NCBI RefSeq assembly: GCF_006345805.1
Contig: NW_021836530.1
Coordinates: forward strand, 1 to 24,872
Source: Octopus sinensis
Lineage: Eukaryota
Reading direction: 5' to 3'
DNA length: 24,872 bases
Shown here: positions 1 through 10,892 of the stretch, in pieces
Numbering within the stretch: position 1 is the stretch's first letter
Layout: every line of letters begins with the position of its first letter
Program-made: the position numbers and the translations under genes
Notes under the pieces: model-generated
The model's database searches: none
The model's input: only the letters and a program-made list of their open reading frames with translations
Told to the model about the DNA's origin: nothing

Positions 1-89
1 TATCAGAAGACACTTGCGTAAGGTGTCATGCATTGAGATTGAACCCAGAGCCATGTGGTTGGGAAGCAAGCTTCTTATCATAGAGCCAC
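1..89 (-). mobile_element. tRNA-derived SINE family A, head fragment (runs off window start)
   Basis: Reverse complement gtggctctatgataagaagcttgcttcccaaccacatggctctgggttcaatc...gcaagtgtcttct has A-box/B-box-like segments and matches copies at 734-810, 1385-1428 and 10274-10432. Confidence 0.8.
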
Positions 90-250
90 CCCTTGTTTAG
101 TATCGTTAATTATTGGATAAATGTGTTGCGGAGTTTGCTATGCCCTGGTTGCAACCATTTCTGTTTGAATTCTGTGTGACCTGAGTAAGGAGTGTACATG
201 GGCATCTTTCAAAAGTCGCGGTTTCTTGGAGGATAATTATATAATGGAAT

Positions 251-278
251 GGTGGTGGTGGTGGTGGTGGTGGTGGTG
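251..278. repeat. (GGT)n microsatellite
   Basis: Pure GGT run; source of the poly-Pro in ORF 106..321. Confidence 0.95.
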
Positions 279-492
279 GCTTTAATAATGTTGGTTTCAA
301 ATTTTGGCACGAGGTCAGCAATTCCGGCGATAGGGGTTAGTTGATTACATCAATCCTAGCGGTGCTTATTTTATCAACCCCGAAACGATGAACGGCAAAA
401 TCGACCTCGGCGGAATTTGAACTCAGAACGTAACGGCAGACGATAGACATACAGCTAAGAATTTTGCCTGGCATGCTAACAATTCTGCCAGA
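278..492 (-). mobile_element. tRNA-derived SINE family B, near full length
   Basis: Contains gacctcggcggaatttgaactcagaacgtaacggcagacg (B box GAGTTCAAATTCC on -) and gctaacaattctgcca head; homologous to units at 7140-7729. Confidence 0.85.
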
Positions 493-733
493 CTGCTTCA
501 TTCGTTGCTTTTAAATAACAAAATTGGATGTAATGTGAATGAAGACAAGCAACAACCATTGCCTATGCGGCCGCCGTCCTGGACCAATACGATTCGGCAC
601 CAGTGTTGTCGCAGGATTTGTTGTCAGAACATTAAGAGCTGGGAACAAATACTGTGAGACATCTCGCATGATTCTCGTACGGTTCCGCTAATTTACTCTT
701 CTGGATTCGAACCCTTTTACTGTGAAATGGTAA

Positions 734-810
734 GCCATGTGGCTAAGAAGTTTGCTATGCAATCGCTTGCCCTCGGGTTCAGTCCCACTACGAGGTATCT
801 TGGCCAAGTG
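734..810 (+). mobile_element. SINE family A head, running into a (CTAT)n tract
   Basis: gccatgtggctaagaagtttgct...gggttcagtcccactacgaggtatcttggccaagtgtcttcta; B box GGTTCAGTCCC. Confidence 0.8.
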
Positions 811-813
811 TCT

Positions 814-872
<59 letters not shown>

Positions 873-877
873 GTCTA

Positions 878-974
<97 letters not shown>

Positions 975-999
975 GTCTATCTGTCTATCTGTCTGTCAA

Positions 1000-1058
<59 letters not shown>

Positions 1059-1110
1059 CTATCTGTCTATCTGTCTACCTATTTACCTGTCTGTCTGTCT
1101 GTCTGTCTGC

Positions 1111-1160
<50 letters not shown>

Positions 1161-1165
1161 GTCTA

Positions 1166-1222
<57 letters not shown>

Positions 1223-1233
1223 CTGTTTGTCTA

Positions 1234-1307
<74 letters not shown>

Positions 1308-1335
1308 CCTGCCTGTCTGTCTACCTATCTATCAA

Positions 1336-1369
<34 letters not shown>
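805..1369. repeat. Compound (CTAT)n/(CTGT)n/(CT)n microsatellite
   Basis: Directly visible; explains ORFs 727..1383, 737..1375 and 1227..1547. Confidence 0.97.
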
Positions 1370-1373
<4 letters not shown>

Positions 1374-1384
1374 AGGAGACTAGA

Positions 1385-1428
1385 AGACACTTGCCCATGC
1401 TGGGAAGCAAGCTTCTTACCCCACAGTC
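1385..1428 (-). mobile_element. SINE family A head fragment with internal deletion
   Basis: aagacacttgccca-tgctgggaagcaagcttcttaccccacagtca matches the family A head minus about 40 nt. Confidence 0.7.
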
Positions 1429-1925
1429 AATTCTGTTGTTCCTTTTATAAATCATTGCAGCTATCGTACTATTATCTGTATTATCTGAAGACGCTCCTGG
1501 TAGGATATTTTCAAACAATTTGCAAGGCTGGCTTTGCAGAATTTTAGTGCGAAAGTTGTCAGGCCACCCGCATGTGAAACTGAATTTGAGATGTTATTGC
1601 TTCGGTTATTTCATAAAATAGTATTTGTTAGTTGTTTAGTAGAATTTGTTGAAATATGGTATTTCAAATTCTTTCCTGAGGTTTAGAGAAGATATTTTCG
1701 CATTGTCCTTTGAGTTGATGAACAATCTTCTGCCATCAGTAGCGGAAGCATCTTCGGCAAGGACACATGAGACAATGTTATAGTAACTGTACAAAAAGTA
1801 CGGCTGGAACACTTTTGATTGTAGGTCAGCTTGATTAAGTATTACTCACAGAATGTATGTATGGATGTGTGGTGTTTGTGTCTGTGTGCGCATGCACAAC
1901 CACCCACATACGTATGTCATATATA

Positions 1926-3061
1926 CGAGGGAGAATAAAAAATAATACGGAGTCTTATTTTCCAATGTATTTACGCAAAAGCAGGGAATAAACAAGTACG
2001 TCATTTTTCTATATAGTCTCCTTCCTTTTCGATGCACTTGGTCCGGCGGTCCAAAAGCTTGCGTATTCCTCGCGCGAAGAAGGTTTTCGGTTGGTCGTGC
2101 AACCATTTATGCACCGCTTCCTTCATATCTTCATCCGTAGGAAATCGACCACCACGTAAAACCACCTTTGAGCGGTCCAAAGATATGGTAATAAGAAGGG
2201 GCGAGATCTGGGCTGTAGTCAGAGTGTTCCGCCCGTGTGTGGGCGTGCATTGTCATGCAACAACAAAACTTTCTTCGACAATAAGCTTCGGCGTTTGGTG
2301 TGAATTGCTGGCTTCAGTTTTTTGGCCAGCAAAGCACTGTGACTTGCACTGTTGATTGTACACCCCTTTTCCTGGTAATCTTCTAGTATATATATGGTCT
2401 TGAGTTTCTTCGTTTCTGGCGAACCAGGACGTTTTCCCTCCATACTCTGTCTTTTGGATTCTACCTCATAATGATGAACCCTCATTTCATCTCCAGTGAC
2501 TATTCTACTCAAAACTTCCTCACCCTCATTGTTGTAGTGATCGAGTAAACGTTGGCCGACCTCAAAACGTTTGTGTTTGTGCTCTGCGGTAAGGTCTCTT
2601 GGCAGCCAACTTGTACAGACTTTATGGAAGCAGAGCTCATCGTGGATGATTTGATGGGCAGAACCATGACTAATCTGCAGAGAACGAGCTACCTCGTCGA
2701 TGGTAACATGCCGGTTCACCATTACCACCTCTCAAGCTTGCTGAATCTTCTCGCCAGTGGTGGAGATTGATAGGTGTGCTGTATTGTGCTAAGAAACTTC
2801 CGATGAAATTCAGCACCTGACACATCTTCCAACCAAAGCAATCATATTATTTCTCTGTGTTCTTCTTTGGTGCACATTGCTAGTGGAGTGGCTATGCTTA
2901 CACTGTAAAGCCAGAAAGAAAAATGGTATGATCAAGTTCAAACGTCGATCACGTGACCACAGTAGTACCAACTATAAGCACGCATGCGTAGAAGGCAGTG
3001 TTACAATGAAAAAGATATGTTATGGCGAAAGTGCGGATAATTTTTTTTACACTTGCCCTCG
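1926..3061 (-). mobile_element. Tc1/mariner DNA transposon (mariner, probably irritans-like), internally deleted
   Basis: Ends TA|CGAGGG (1924-1931) and CCCTCG|TA (3056-3063), imperfect ~28-bp TIRs, TA target duplication, mariner transposase remnants inside. CGAGGG termini resemble irritans-type mariners (recalled, not searched). Confidence 0.92.
2001..2895 (-). pseudogene. Disrupted mariner transposase
   Basis: Remnant motifs CTKEEHREII.LLWLEDVSGAEFH, VTIDEVARSLQISHGS, WLPRDLT (WVPxxL), IVTGDE, LLHDNARPH, YSPDLAPS(Y)YH.FGPLK, GDYIEK* (TGA 2001-2003). Start appears mutated to ATA (2893-2895); third catalytic D is now Y; internal deletions and frameshifts. Confidence 0.92.
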
Positions 3062-3188
<127 letters not shown>

Positions 3189-3475
3189 TCGCTGTTTGAA
3201 ACGATCGTATGCATGAATTAAAATTCTTTCAAATTTTAACATCTCCATTTTTAACAAATCTGTTGATTTCTATGGGATACCTTTCCATAAATCCGCACAA
3301 CACACCATATACAAGTATTATTTTCATGTTCACAAACTTACGCCAGTAAGCTACCTACAAAATATGAAGAATCTTTATTAGAAATCGTTTTTTGGAATCC
3401 TCCAAATTAAAGGACGAAATATAATTCAAACTTTTCACACATATATTGCTATTAAAATTATTAAACAACCTTCTA

Positions 3476-3520
<45 letters not shown>

Positions 3521-3681
3521 CATTTAACAGTTCATAGGGGGCACTTCGAATTGATTTTGGTGTTTTTAATATTATTTGCCTAAAGTGAGAATTTTCTTCA
3601 TGGCAAACGCCGTGAAAATGCCTCTCTTCAGGTTCATTATGTCCCGAGCAAATTCGAACTGATTCTAAAGCCTGTTTAAAT

Positions 3682-3743
3682 ATACATACATACATACATA
3701 CATACATACATACATACATACATACATACATACATACATACAT

Positions 3744-3778
<35 letters not shown>

Positions 3779-3940
3779 TACATAGATACCTACATACATA
3801 CATAGATACCTACATACATACGTACATACATACATACATACATACATACATACATACATACATACATACATACATACATACATACATACATACATACATA
3901 CATACATACATACATACATACATACATACATACATACATA
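3682..3940. repeat. (TACA)n microsatellite with (CA)n interruption
   Basis: Directly visible; source of the MYVC ORFs. A separate (CA)n lies at ~3476-3517. Confidence 0.97.
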
Positions 3941-4230
3941 GGGGCTTGCAAATCCAGTGCCCAAGACACGCTTTCAGCTTCGTACCCAGTATGATTGCAG
4001 CAACAGGATACATACCAACCCGTCTGGAGCAAAGTATGTATGAACTTGGGTTCTTGGGGCGAGAACGCAAATCCTCAATTCATACACTACAAACGATGAC
4101 AATATCTGGGACCATAAAAATCTGCAAGACCTCTTTAAGATTTAGAAGGTGGTGATTAGAGCAAGATGCTTTCTTTCACAACCTTGCTACCAAGCAGTAA
4201 GTGGCCGGTCGAAATTTGCTGTAAATTATG
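3941..4230 (+). mobile_element. 3' stub of a non-LTR retrotransposon with restriction-like endonuclease (RLE); 3' boundary approximate
   Basis: Frame of ORF 3946..4155 reads LQIQCPRHAFSFVPSMIAATGYIPTRLEQSMYELGF...IHTLQTMTISGTIKICKTSLRF. This fits the RLE C-terminal pattern (F.FVP.IIGA.G..P..L...L..LGF...LQ...ISGT.KICK.F) recalled from R4/NeSL/CRE-type ORFs. Confidence 0.7.
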
Positions 4231-5259
4231 AAGAGAAAGAAAAGGACCACGTATTTACAAAGAGCGGAAGTTCTCTTGACTGAAAAAAGTCTTTTCACTT
4301 TGTTAGCGAGCGACTTGAACTCTCTTAAGTAGGAAGATTTAAATAAAACTCAAAGTAAAATCCCCCCACCCACACATCCATCGTGCTTACACACAACACA
4401 TGCGTGCACGCAAATATACTAAAAACAGACCCAGGATCTTTTCTGCTTGGCGGCCACTTCAGTTTTGTTCCGTTTGGTTTCATAGACCCGCGCTTTTTGC
4501 AAACAGTAAATATAAAATATATGTTGTATGAATTACCATGGCCATCATCTAGATTCGAAAACAAAGGCAAGTGCTCTTAGAAGTGTGTTCACAAGTATGT
4601 TAAACAAATAGCCCTAACGTGTGTGTGTGTCCCGCAAATATTCTCATGTCTGTGTGTGTGTGTCTCTCTCTCCACCCCTCTCTGCCCCTCCCCCTCTCTC
4701 TCCACCCCCTATCTCTTTCTCTTCCCATTCTCTCTCTTTCTCTCTATGTGTACCCACCCTCCACCTCGTCATGAAGTACTCTTGTTGATGTAGAGAGGTC
4801 ATTGCAAACTGACAATGGAACCGAAAAGAATTTCAAGTGAACATCAACCTACCAAACTGTTGTTGCCATTACCTTTGCTGTTGTTGTTGCTATTGCTACT
4901 GATGCTGCTGCTGTTGTTGTTGTTCGATTTGTTGTTAGAGTGACAGAGTTAAATAGAGAGAGAGTTATTTGCACTGACGCTTTAGCATTTCTGATATCTG
5001 ACCGACATTTCCCCACTCGAGGATGGGGGCTACTGAATAATTAATCGAATGTTGATGGTCCATCAGTTTACAGCGTTCAGTGGGAATCCTCCCATGGGGG
5101 CCCCCTGCAAAAAATGGCAGCAGGTATTAGAGCTTTTCTTCTTAAGCCATTAGAATTTATAAGGGAGGTAGGAGGAGGAGGGGAGGAGGAAAAGAAGCAA
5201 GAGGAGCAAGAGAGTAACAAGATAGAGCGAACACCTCACTACCACCTCCACCACTCCAA

Positions 5260-5262
<3 letters not shown>

Positions 5263-5312
<50 letters not shown>

Positions 5313-5328
5313 ATATATATATATATAT
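5263..5328. repeat. (CT)n followed by (TA)n
   Basis: Directly visible. Confidence 0.95.
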
Positions 5329-5481
5329 ATCAAAAGTTAGACAGAGAAGGGGAAAATAGACGAAACTGGGCGAAACCATAACGGACAGAAAAGGGAGACA
5401 AAATCACTATTCAAGGAACTGCTGACTTTCTCATCAGTTTGTATCCGAAACATTTTAGTGGCTTCACGCTATTTAAATAGG

Positions 5482-5735
5482 TGTGTGTGTGTGTGTAGCT
5501 ATCCCCTATCATCGCTTGTCAACCGGCGTTAGCTTGTTTTCGCTCCCCCAGCTTAGCGGTGCAGCAAAATGGACCGACAGAATAAGTACCAGACTTATTA
5601 TTATTTTTTTTTTAAGTTGGTTAAGTTGGTTTTTTTTTTTTAAGTTGGTTCATTTGACTAAAAACTCTCCGATGCTGTGCTCCAGAATGGCCACAGTCCA
5701 GTTTCTGAAACAAACGCAAAAGATAAACGAGAAAT
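5482..5735 (+). mobile_element. SINE 3' body/tail fragment after (GT)n
   Basis: tcgcttgtcaaccggcgtt...cttagcggtgcagcaaaa..gaccgacagaataagtaccagactt...gctgtgctccagaatggccacagtc matches the copy at 18978-19160. Confidence 0.7.
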
Positions 5736-6524
5736 GAGGTCTTGTTGATCAGATCTGATCTGGGGTTAAACGACAATAGCAAAAAAAAACAATAACAACA
5801 ACAGCCACCACCACCACTACCACCACCACCGCCACCGTCACCGCCACCACCACCGCCGCCGCCGCCACCGCCACCGTCACTATCTCAGAAACTACAATCA
5901 TCGCGACATTTTACAATAGTCATTTTTTTCTTCTTCTTTCTAATAAGTAGGTTGACGCTGGACAAATAAAAACTACAAAATTGTCAAACCAGTAACAAAC
6001 GGTTACTAAGCAATAAAATCTACTTGACTATTTTTATATGTCTGTATGAATCAATGAAGAAAAGGAACGAGGAGGATGAAACAAAATGTAGGAATGCAGA
6101 CGATCAAGGAGTCGGCAGACGACCCAATTTCTTCTCGCCTTACAATAGTGTTTAAATAAGTAGATGTTTAGTTATTTTGTCATTTATATGACTATTTAAT
6201 AATTGGTTAATGAAATATGACGCTGTGATCGGTTGAATTTCTTGAAAAGAATATTTTTTTTTAAAGTCCTGTCTTTGGAAACGTGAGACGTTTAACACAA
6301 TGCTGCACCTCCAGGTGCAGCTTTCAGTTGGTGACATGGGTGGTTACTGTATTGTCTTTGGCTGTAGTAGGAAGGTGTTTGTGTTACATCTACATAGTTA
6401 TTGTATTGCAAGGTTTGTTTGGGTATTTCTTGTGTTGTATTGTTTTCTCGTGAAAGCTTTTACAGTCTATTATGAGATGTTTGTATGTAATGTTTTGTAC
6501 CATTATTTAACCCCCAACTTAGTC

Positions 6525-6690
6525 TGATCAAATGGAAAAACACTTACGGTCATAAAGTCGAGGGTTCATTTCCTGAATCGGTTAGCGTGATGTGTCCTTG
6601 AGTAAGGCATTTTATCTCACCTTACCTTGCTCAACTGTAAAAGAGCTAAGAGATGGATACTGGTGTATCTCTCTACCACTGTCTGTGTCT
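6525..6690 (+). mobile_element. Degenerate tRNA-derived SINE (third family, CORE/V-like middle)
   Basis: B-box-like gggttcatttcc (~6562) followed by tgtgtccttgagtaaggcattttat, resembling the gtgtccttgagcaaggcactt core of metazoan SINEs. Confidence 0.45.
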
Positions 6691-6713
6691 GTCTGTCTGT
6701 CTGTCTGTCTGCC

Positions 6714-6778
<65 letters not shown>
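6682..6778. repeat. (GTCT)n/(CT)n microsatellite
   Basis: Directly visible. Confidence 0.95.
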
Positions 6779-6783
<5 letters not shown>

Positions 6784-7139
6784 GGCTATCATATCTTGGA
6801 TGCGCAGCACGACTGAAGGTGAGAGAGCCGACAGGGCACCTGTATCTGCTCGAGATTACAGAAGCACCTAAAAGAATTAGCGAAAGCATGATACACATTG
6901 CCAAGTCATAATCGTCCGCGTGTGCTTTGTGCTGCACTCGCCTTTTCAATCAGACCTCTGGGTCTGGTGAAAAAATGGTGCCGGAACGAATGTGCGAGCA
7001 GTGAGTCTCGCGAGCCACCTATTCGCACTTGTTTTGATTGATGCTTCCCACAAATGGCAACGATCAGGAATCAATCTTAGTCGAATTCTTGGGTGTATTA
7101 TTAACAAAATTAACAAATAAGAGGGTGTTGGTTATTATT

Positions 7140-7729
7140 TCAAATTTTTGCAAAAGGCCAGAAATTTGGGGCGGGGTGGGGCGGGAGGAGAGGGCTTCTC
7201 GATTACATCGACCCCAGTACTCAACTGATACTTATTTTATCGACCCCGAAAGGATGAAAGGCTAAGTCGACCTCGGCGGAATTTGAACTCAGAACGTAGC
7301 GGCAGACGAAATACCTATTTCTTTACTACCCACGAGGGGATAAACACAGAGAGGACAAACAAGGACAGACAAACGGATTAAGTCGATTATATTGACACCA
7401 GTGCGTAACTGGTACTTAATTTATCGACCCCGAAAGGATGAAAGGCAAAGTCGACCTCGGCGGAATTTGAACTCAGAACGTAGCGGCAGATAAAATACCT
7501 ATTTCTTTATTACCCACAAGGGGCTAAACATAGAGAGGACAAACATGGACAGACATAGGCATTAAGTCGATTATATTGACCCCAGTGCTTTACTGGTACT
7601 TAATTTATCGACCCCGAAAGGATGAAAGGCCAAGTCGACCTCGGCGGAATTTGAACTCACAACGTAACGGCAGCCGAAATACCGCTAAGCATTTCGCCCG
7701 ACGTGCTAACGATTCTGCCAGCTCGCCGC
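7140..7729 (-). mobile_element. Head-to-tail trimer of SINE family B (184-bp period)
   Basis: gtcgacctcggcggaatttgaactc recurs at 7266, 7450 and 7634. A complete tRNA-like head is present only at 7684-7729. Junctions at 7315/7316 and 7499/7500. Confidence 0.92.
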
Positions 7730-8224
7730 TTTATTCTTAATAAAATATTTTAATCAGTGATCAATTAGGAAAATCTTCCAAACTTGTTTTAAACTTATTG
7801 CAATTCAAATTCTCACGTAACTGACGCATCGAATCTTATCTTACATAACTTGAGATTCATAAACCTGCCGAATAGTAACTGGATTTAAGATAAAGTTGTC
7901 GGATTGGTGCAACAGACGGGACTGTTTAAAAAAGAATCTCTGCTTTGTGTGAGAGAAAGAGAGGGTCTTTTTCAGGGTCTCTCAGTCTTATGATTAAAAA
8001 GACTGAAAGTAGTTTTCTGACCGGAAATTTAGCTCAAATGTTTGCACCATAGTAACTCCCCTCTGTTAAAGGAATCCAAAGACCAGGTGACGATGTTAAA
8101 ACAAACGACAGATTAAGACTATCGCCGTTAATAAGAAAGTAAACCTCAACGGTGCTAACTATTAACAAAGCTTTGATTATAATGGTGATAGAGTCGAAAA
8201 CATTGTTGGGATGAAACAGAACTA

Positions 8225-8640
8225 TTTTAGAAGACAAGGCTTTGGGTCTGCCAGGAATATAGTAGTAGACAAGGCATTGGTCAGCTCAGGGCAAGAGTAT
8301 ATATGAGCAGGCTTTGGTCAATTCGGTAGAAAGAGAAGACGAGTGCCAAAATGGAAGAAAAGACGTTCACCAGTCAGAGACAATTTTAAAAGAATCCTTG
8401 GTGTTCAGTTCTACAGAAGCAATTAAGGATTTGTTCAGACGTGGCAATAATGGAAATAAAAGATTTGGTCAGACCAGTTCTACAGTAGATGACAATTATT
8501 TTGTCAAACCAAGACTAAAGTAGAATGGTTTAGGTCAGATTCAGGCTATAATAAAAAAAAGAGACAGGCTTTTGGTCAGACCGAGGCTAACAGGTAACAA
8601 GGCTTTGATCAACCCGGGAATATAGTAGTAGAAAATGACG
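8225..8640. repeat. Degenerate ~30-45-bp minisatellite derived from the SINE family A core
   Basis: About 10 variants of aaggctttggtcagaccgaggctatagtagaagac; compare the SINE segment caaggctttggtcggttcgaagctataatagaagac at 10321-10356. Confidence 0.7.
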
Positions 8641-8649
8641 TTGGGCATA

Positions 8650-9068
8650 CCTACATGCATACGTGCAAACATGCACATATACATACATGTATACATACAT
8701 ACATACATACATACACACTTACATGCATGCGTACATAATACATACATGCATGCCTGCATGTGTACATGCATGCCTACATGCATACATGCATTCATACATA
8801 CACATACATACATGCATGCGTACATACATACATACATACATACATACATACATGCATACATGCATGGCTACATGCATAATGCGTACATACATGCATATAC
8901 ACACACATACAAACATGCATACATACATTCATGCATTTATACATATACGCGCACACACGCACATGTATACATACATACATACATGCATACATACATACAT
9001 ACATACATACATACATACATACATACATACATACATACATACATACATACATACATACACACATACAT
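8650..9068. repeat. Degenerate (TACA/TGCA)n microsatellite
   Basis: Directly visible; source of the HTYI/MYVC ORFs. Confidence 0.95.
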
Positions 9069-9474
9069 AAGTATGGGCAGATAAAACGAATCATATCTAC
9101 AAAACAAAACAAAAAAAAGAAAAAGAAAAAAGAAAACCAGGATCGGCCCTAATCGACCATATGTAGCGATAATTCGAATATTAGATTAGAAGACAGAAAT
9201 GGATTTCAGTATATTTATCACATTTAAAAGCAGTCACGTGTGTCCTGAATTCTGTACCTGTTTGTTGATTGGTTGCTTAGAGTTGTGCGTTGTAATGTGT
9301 TGGCCAATTATCTCACGAATATCACTTATCGATCTTTTATTATCAACGAAGAAATAATCAGAGCCGGAAGGTGATAATACGAAAACAGCAGGGTGGTTAT
9401 TGTTGTTCTTGGTATATGGTGGGTGAGATGGTGGTATAGCGATGGCGGTGGTATTGGTGGTGACGTATCAGGGT

Positions 9475-9625
9475 GCCGGTGGTGGTGTTGGCGCCTATGG
9501 TGGCGTTGTCGTCTATGGTGGCGTTGGCGCCTATGGTGGCATTGGCGTTTATGGTGGCGTTGGCGTCTATGGTGGCGTTGGCGTCTATGGTGACGTTGGC
9601 ACCGATGGTGGCGTTGGCGCCGAAG
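9475..9625 (+). repeat. GC-rich 18-bp tandem repeat (tatggtggcgttggcgyc)n
   Basis: About 7-8 units; reads YGGVG(A/V) in ORF 9442..9705. Confidence 0.85.
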
Positions 9626-10137
9626 GTGATAGTGACGTCGATGGTAGCGGTGACGCCGCCGATGATAATGGAGGTGATGCGAGTGACAATGTTCTTTTTG
9701 CCTAACCCTTATTAGCTTTGACCAAGCAATTCTATAATCGAAGGCTTCCTAGCCATGACCACCCTAACATTTTATTATTCCATATGACTACACTGTCTTC
9801 TGTATCCTTTATTATTATTTTTTTATTGAAGACAATAGGATGCGATTGAGAGAGCTTTGGCTGTTATTTTTAGCGGATCGAGCAACCACATAGAGGTTCT
9901 CCCGTTGATGAGTGTTGGTGTCGTTATTGGTGGATATGTTGCTGGTAGTGAGGTTGCTGTTGCTGTTGAGCGAACGGTCTTCGTCTCAGAGCTCGCAAGA
10001 TGGGAGAAGTCCGAAACGAGATCCTTTGCTATTCGTAAGACCCGCAGAAGAAGGGGCCTTGGGTGTTGATGCTGGAAGAAGGATGTATCAGGGGTTAGCG
10101 TGTCTGTTTCTGTGTGAGGGAGACAGGCGTTGGTTAA

Positions 10138-10160
10138 ACACACACACACATACACACACA

Positions 10161-10234
<74 letters not shown>

Positions 10235-10273
10235 CAAACAGAAACACACACAAACAGAAACACACACACACAC
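10138..10273. repeat. (CA)n microsatellite (tail of the adjacent SINE)
   Basis: Directly visible. Confidence 0.95.
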
Positions 10274-10432
10274 ATTTATACGACGGGCTTCTTTCAGTTT
10301 CCGTCTACGAAATACACGCACAAGGCTTTGGTCGGTTCGAAGCTATAATAGAAGACACTTACCCACTGTTCCACGCAGTGGGACTGAACCTAGAACCATG
10401 TGGTTGGGAATCAAACTTCTTACCATACTGCC
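10274..10432 (-). mobile_element. SINE family A, head plus core
   Basis: On -: ggcagtatggtaagaagtttgattcccaaccacatggttctaggttcagtcccactgcgtgg...aagtgtcttctattatagcttcgaaccgaccaaagccttg...agacggaaactgaaagaagcccgtcgtata then (TG)n. Confidence 0.9.
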
Positions 10433-10528
10433 TCTATGTATGCAGTCTACACGACATGTATGATTGTCTCTATCATATTCAGCGTATTTAATTCCGTCCT
10501 TCTGTCATTCTCCTGTTTTCTATTTCAG

Positions 10529-10688
10529 AATTTCATTCGAGCTCAAGACAAGGCGTTGCTCTCCCAACTCCAGCAATGCCAAGACAACATAGAATGGCTG
10601 AAGAGTCAAAGGCAGCAGGCTGCCGAACAACACGAGCTTCAGAGTCTTACGGATGACGATTCGTACTGGGAAGATTGGGAGATTTCTG
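10529..10688 (+). CDS. Internal coding exon of an uncharacterised gene (coiled-coil-like; LURAP1/FAM89/FAM167-like pattern)
   Basis: Polypyrimidine acceptor ...tcctgttttctatttcag|AAT (phase 0) and donor TCTG|gtaaga (phase 1). The 160 nt encode NFIRAQDKALLSQLQQCQDNIEWLKSQRQQAAEQHELQSLTDDDSYWEDWEIS; non-repetitive, GC-richer than flanks. Confidence 0.85.
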
Positions 10689-10892
10689 GTAAGAAACAAA
10701 CAACATGGATCTTTTCACTTTGACCGGCAGATTTTTAAAATAATATCTATGTAACTAAAAAATTTCAGTTTATGGCCACAGGGTATCTTTTTTCTCATAA
10801 ATAACAGGGACATTTTCATATGTCACCGCCAGAAAATGTTACGGCAGAAATTGTTTTCACCTCAATAGACGTCATTGATTGGTTGAAATTGC

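Noticed and set aside
106-224. Possible minus-strand exon (ETATFERCPCTLL...LSNN*)
   Set aside because: Weak acceptor, short, no recognisable motif.
701-712. B-box-like GGTTCRAATCC/T on - at ~701-712, ~12728-12740 and ~16680-16692
   Set aside because: No cloverleaf or matching A box; at most SINE/tRNA debris, so no tRNA gene is called.
1636-1786. Possible minus-strand terminal exon (tactttttgtacag|T YYNIVSCVLAEDASATDGRRLF...NKFY*)
   Set aside because: A good acceptor and 49 open codons, but no recognisable homology or partner exon; this length is reachable by chance over 25 kb.
3190-3440. MITE-like AT-rich stretch after the mariner
   Set aside because: No TIR pair, TSD or second copy could be identified.
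3518-3682. Open frame IFKQALESVRICSGHNEPEERHF... on - between microsatellites
   Set aside because: No splice signals or homology; the ORF length is inflated by flanking repeats.
6780-7006. Candidate 5' exons: GAAG|gtgaga (~6818) and 6954-7000 (ttttcaatcag|...GCA|gtgagt, ATG at 6975)
   Set aside because: The phases (1 and 2) do not join the phase-0 acceptor at 10529, and joining them to each other gives a stop. They could be UTR exons but are unsupported without RNA data.
9823-10137. ORFs 9823..10227(-), 9857..10069 and 9912..10463; a GAAAC at ~10014 suggesting a hammerhead
   Set aside because: No protein motif, and no upstream CUGANGA or closing stems.
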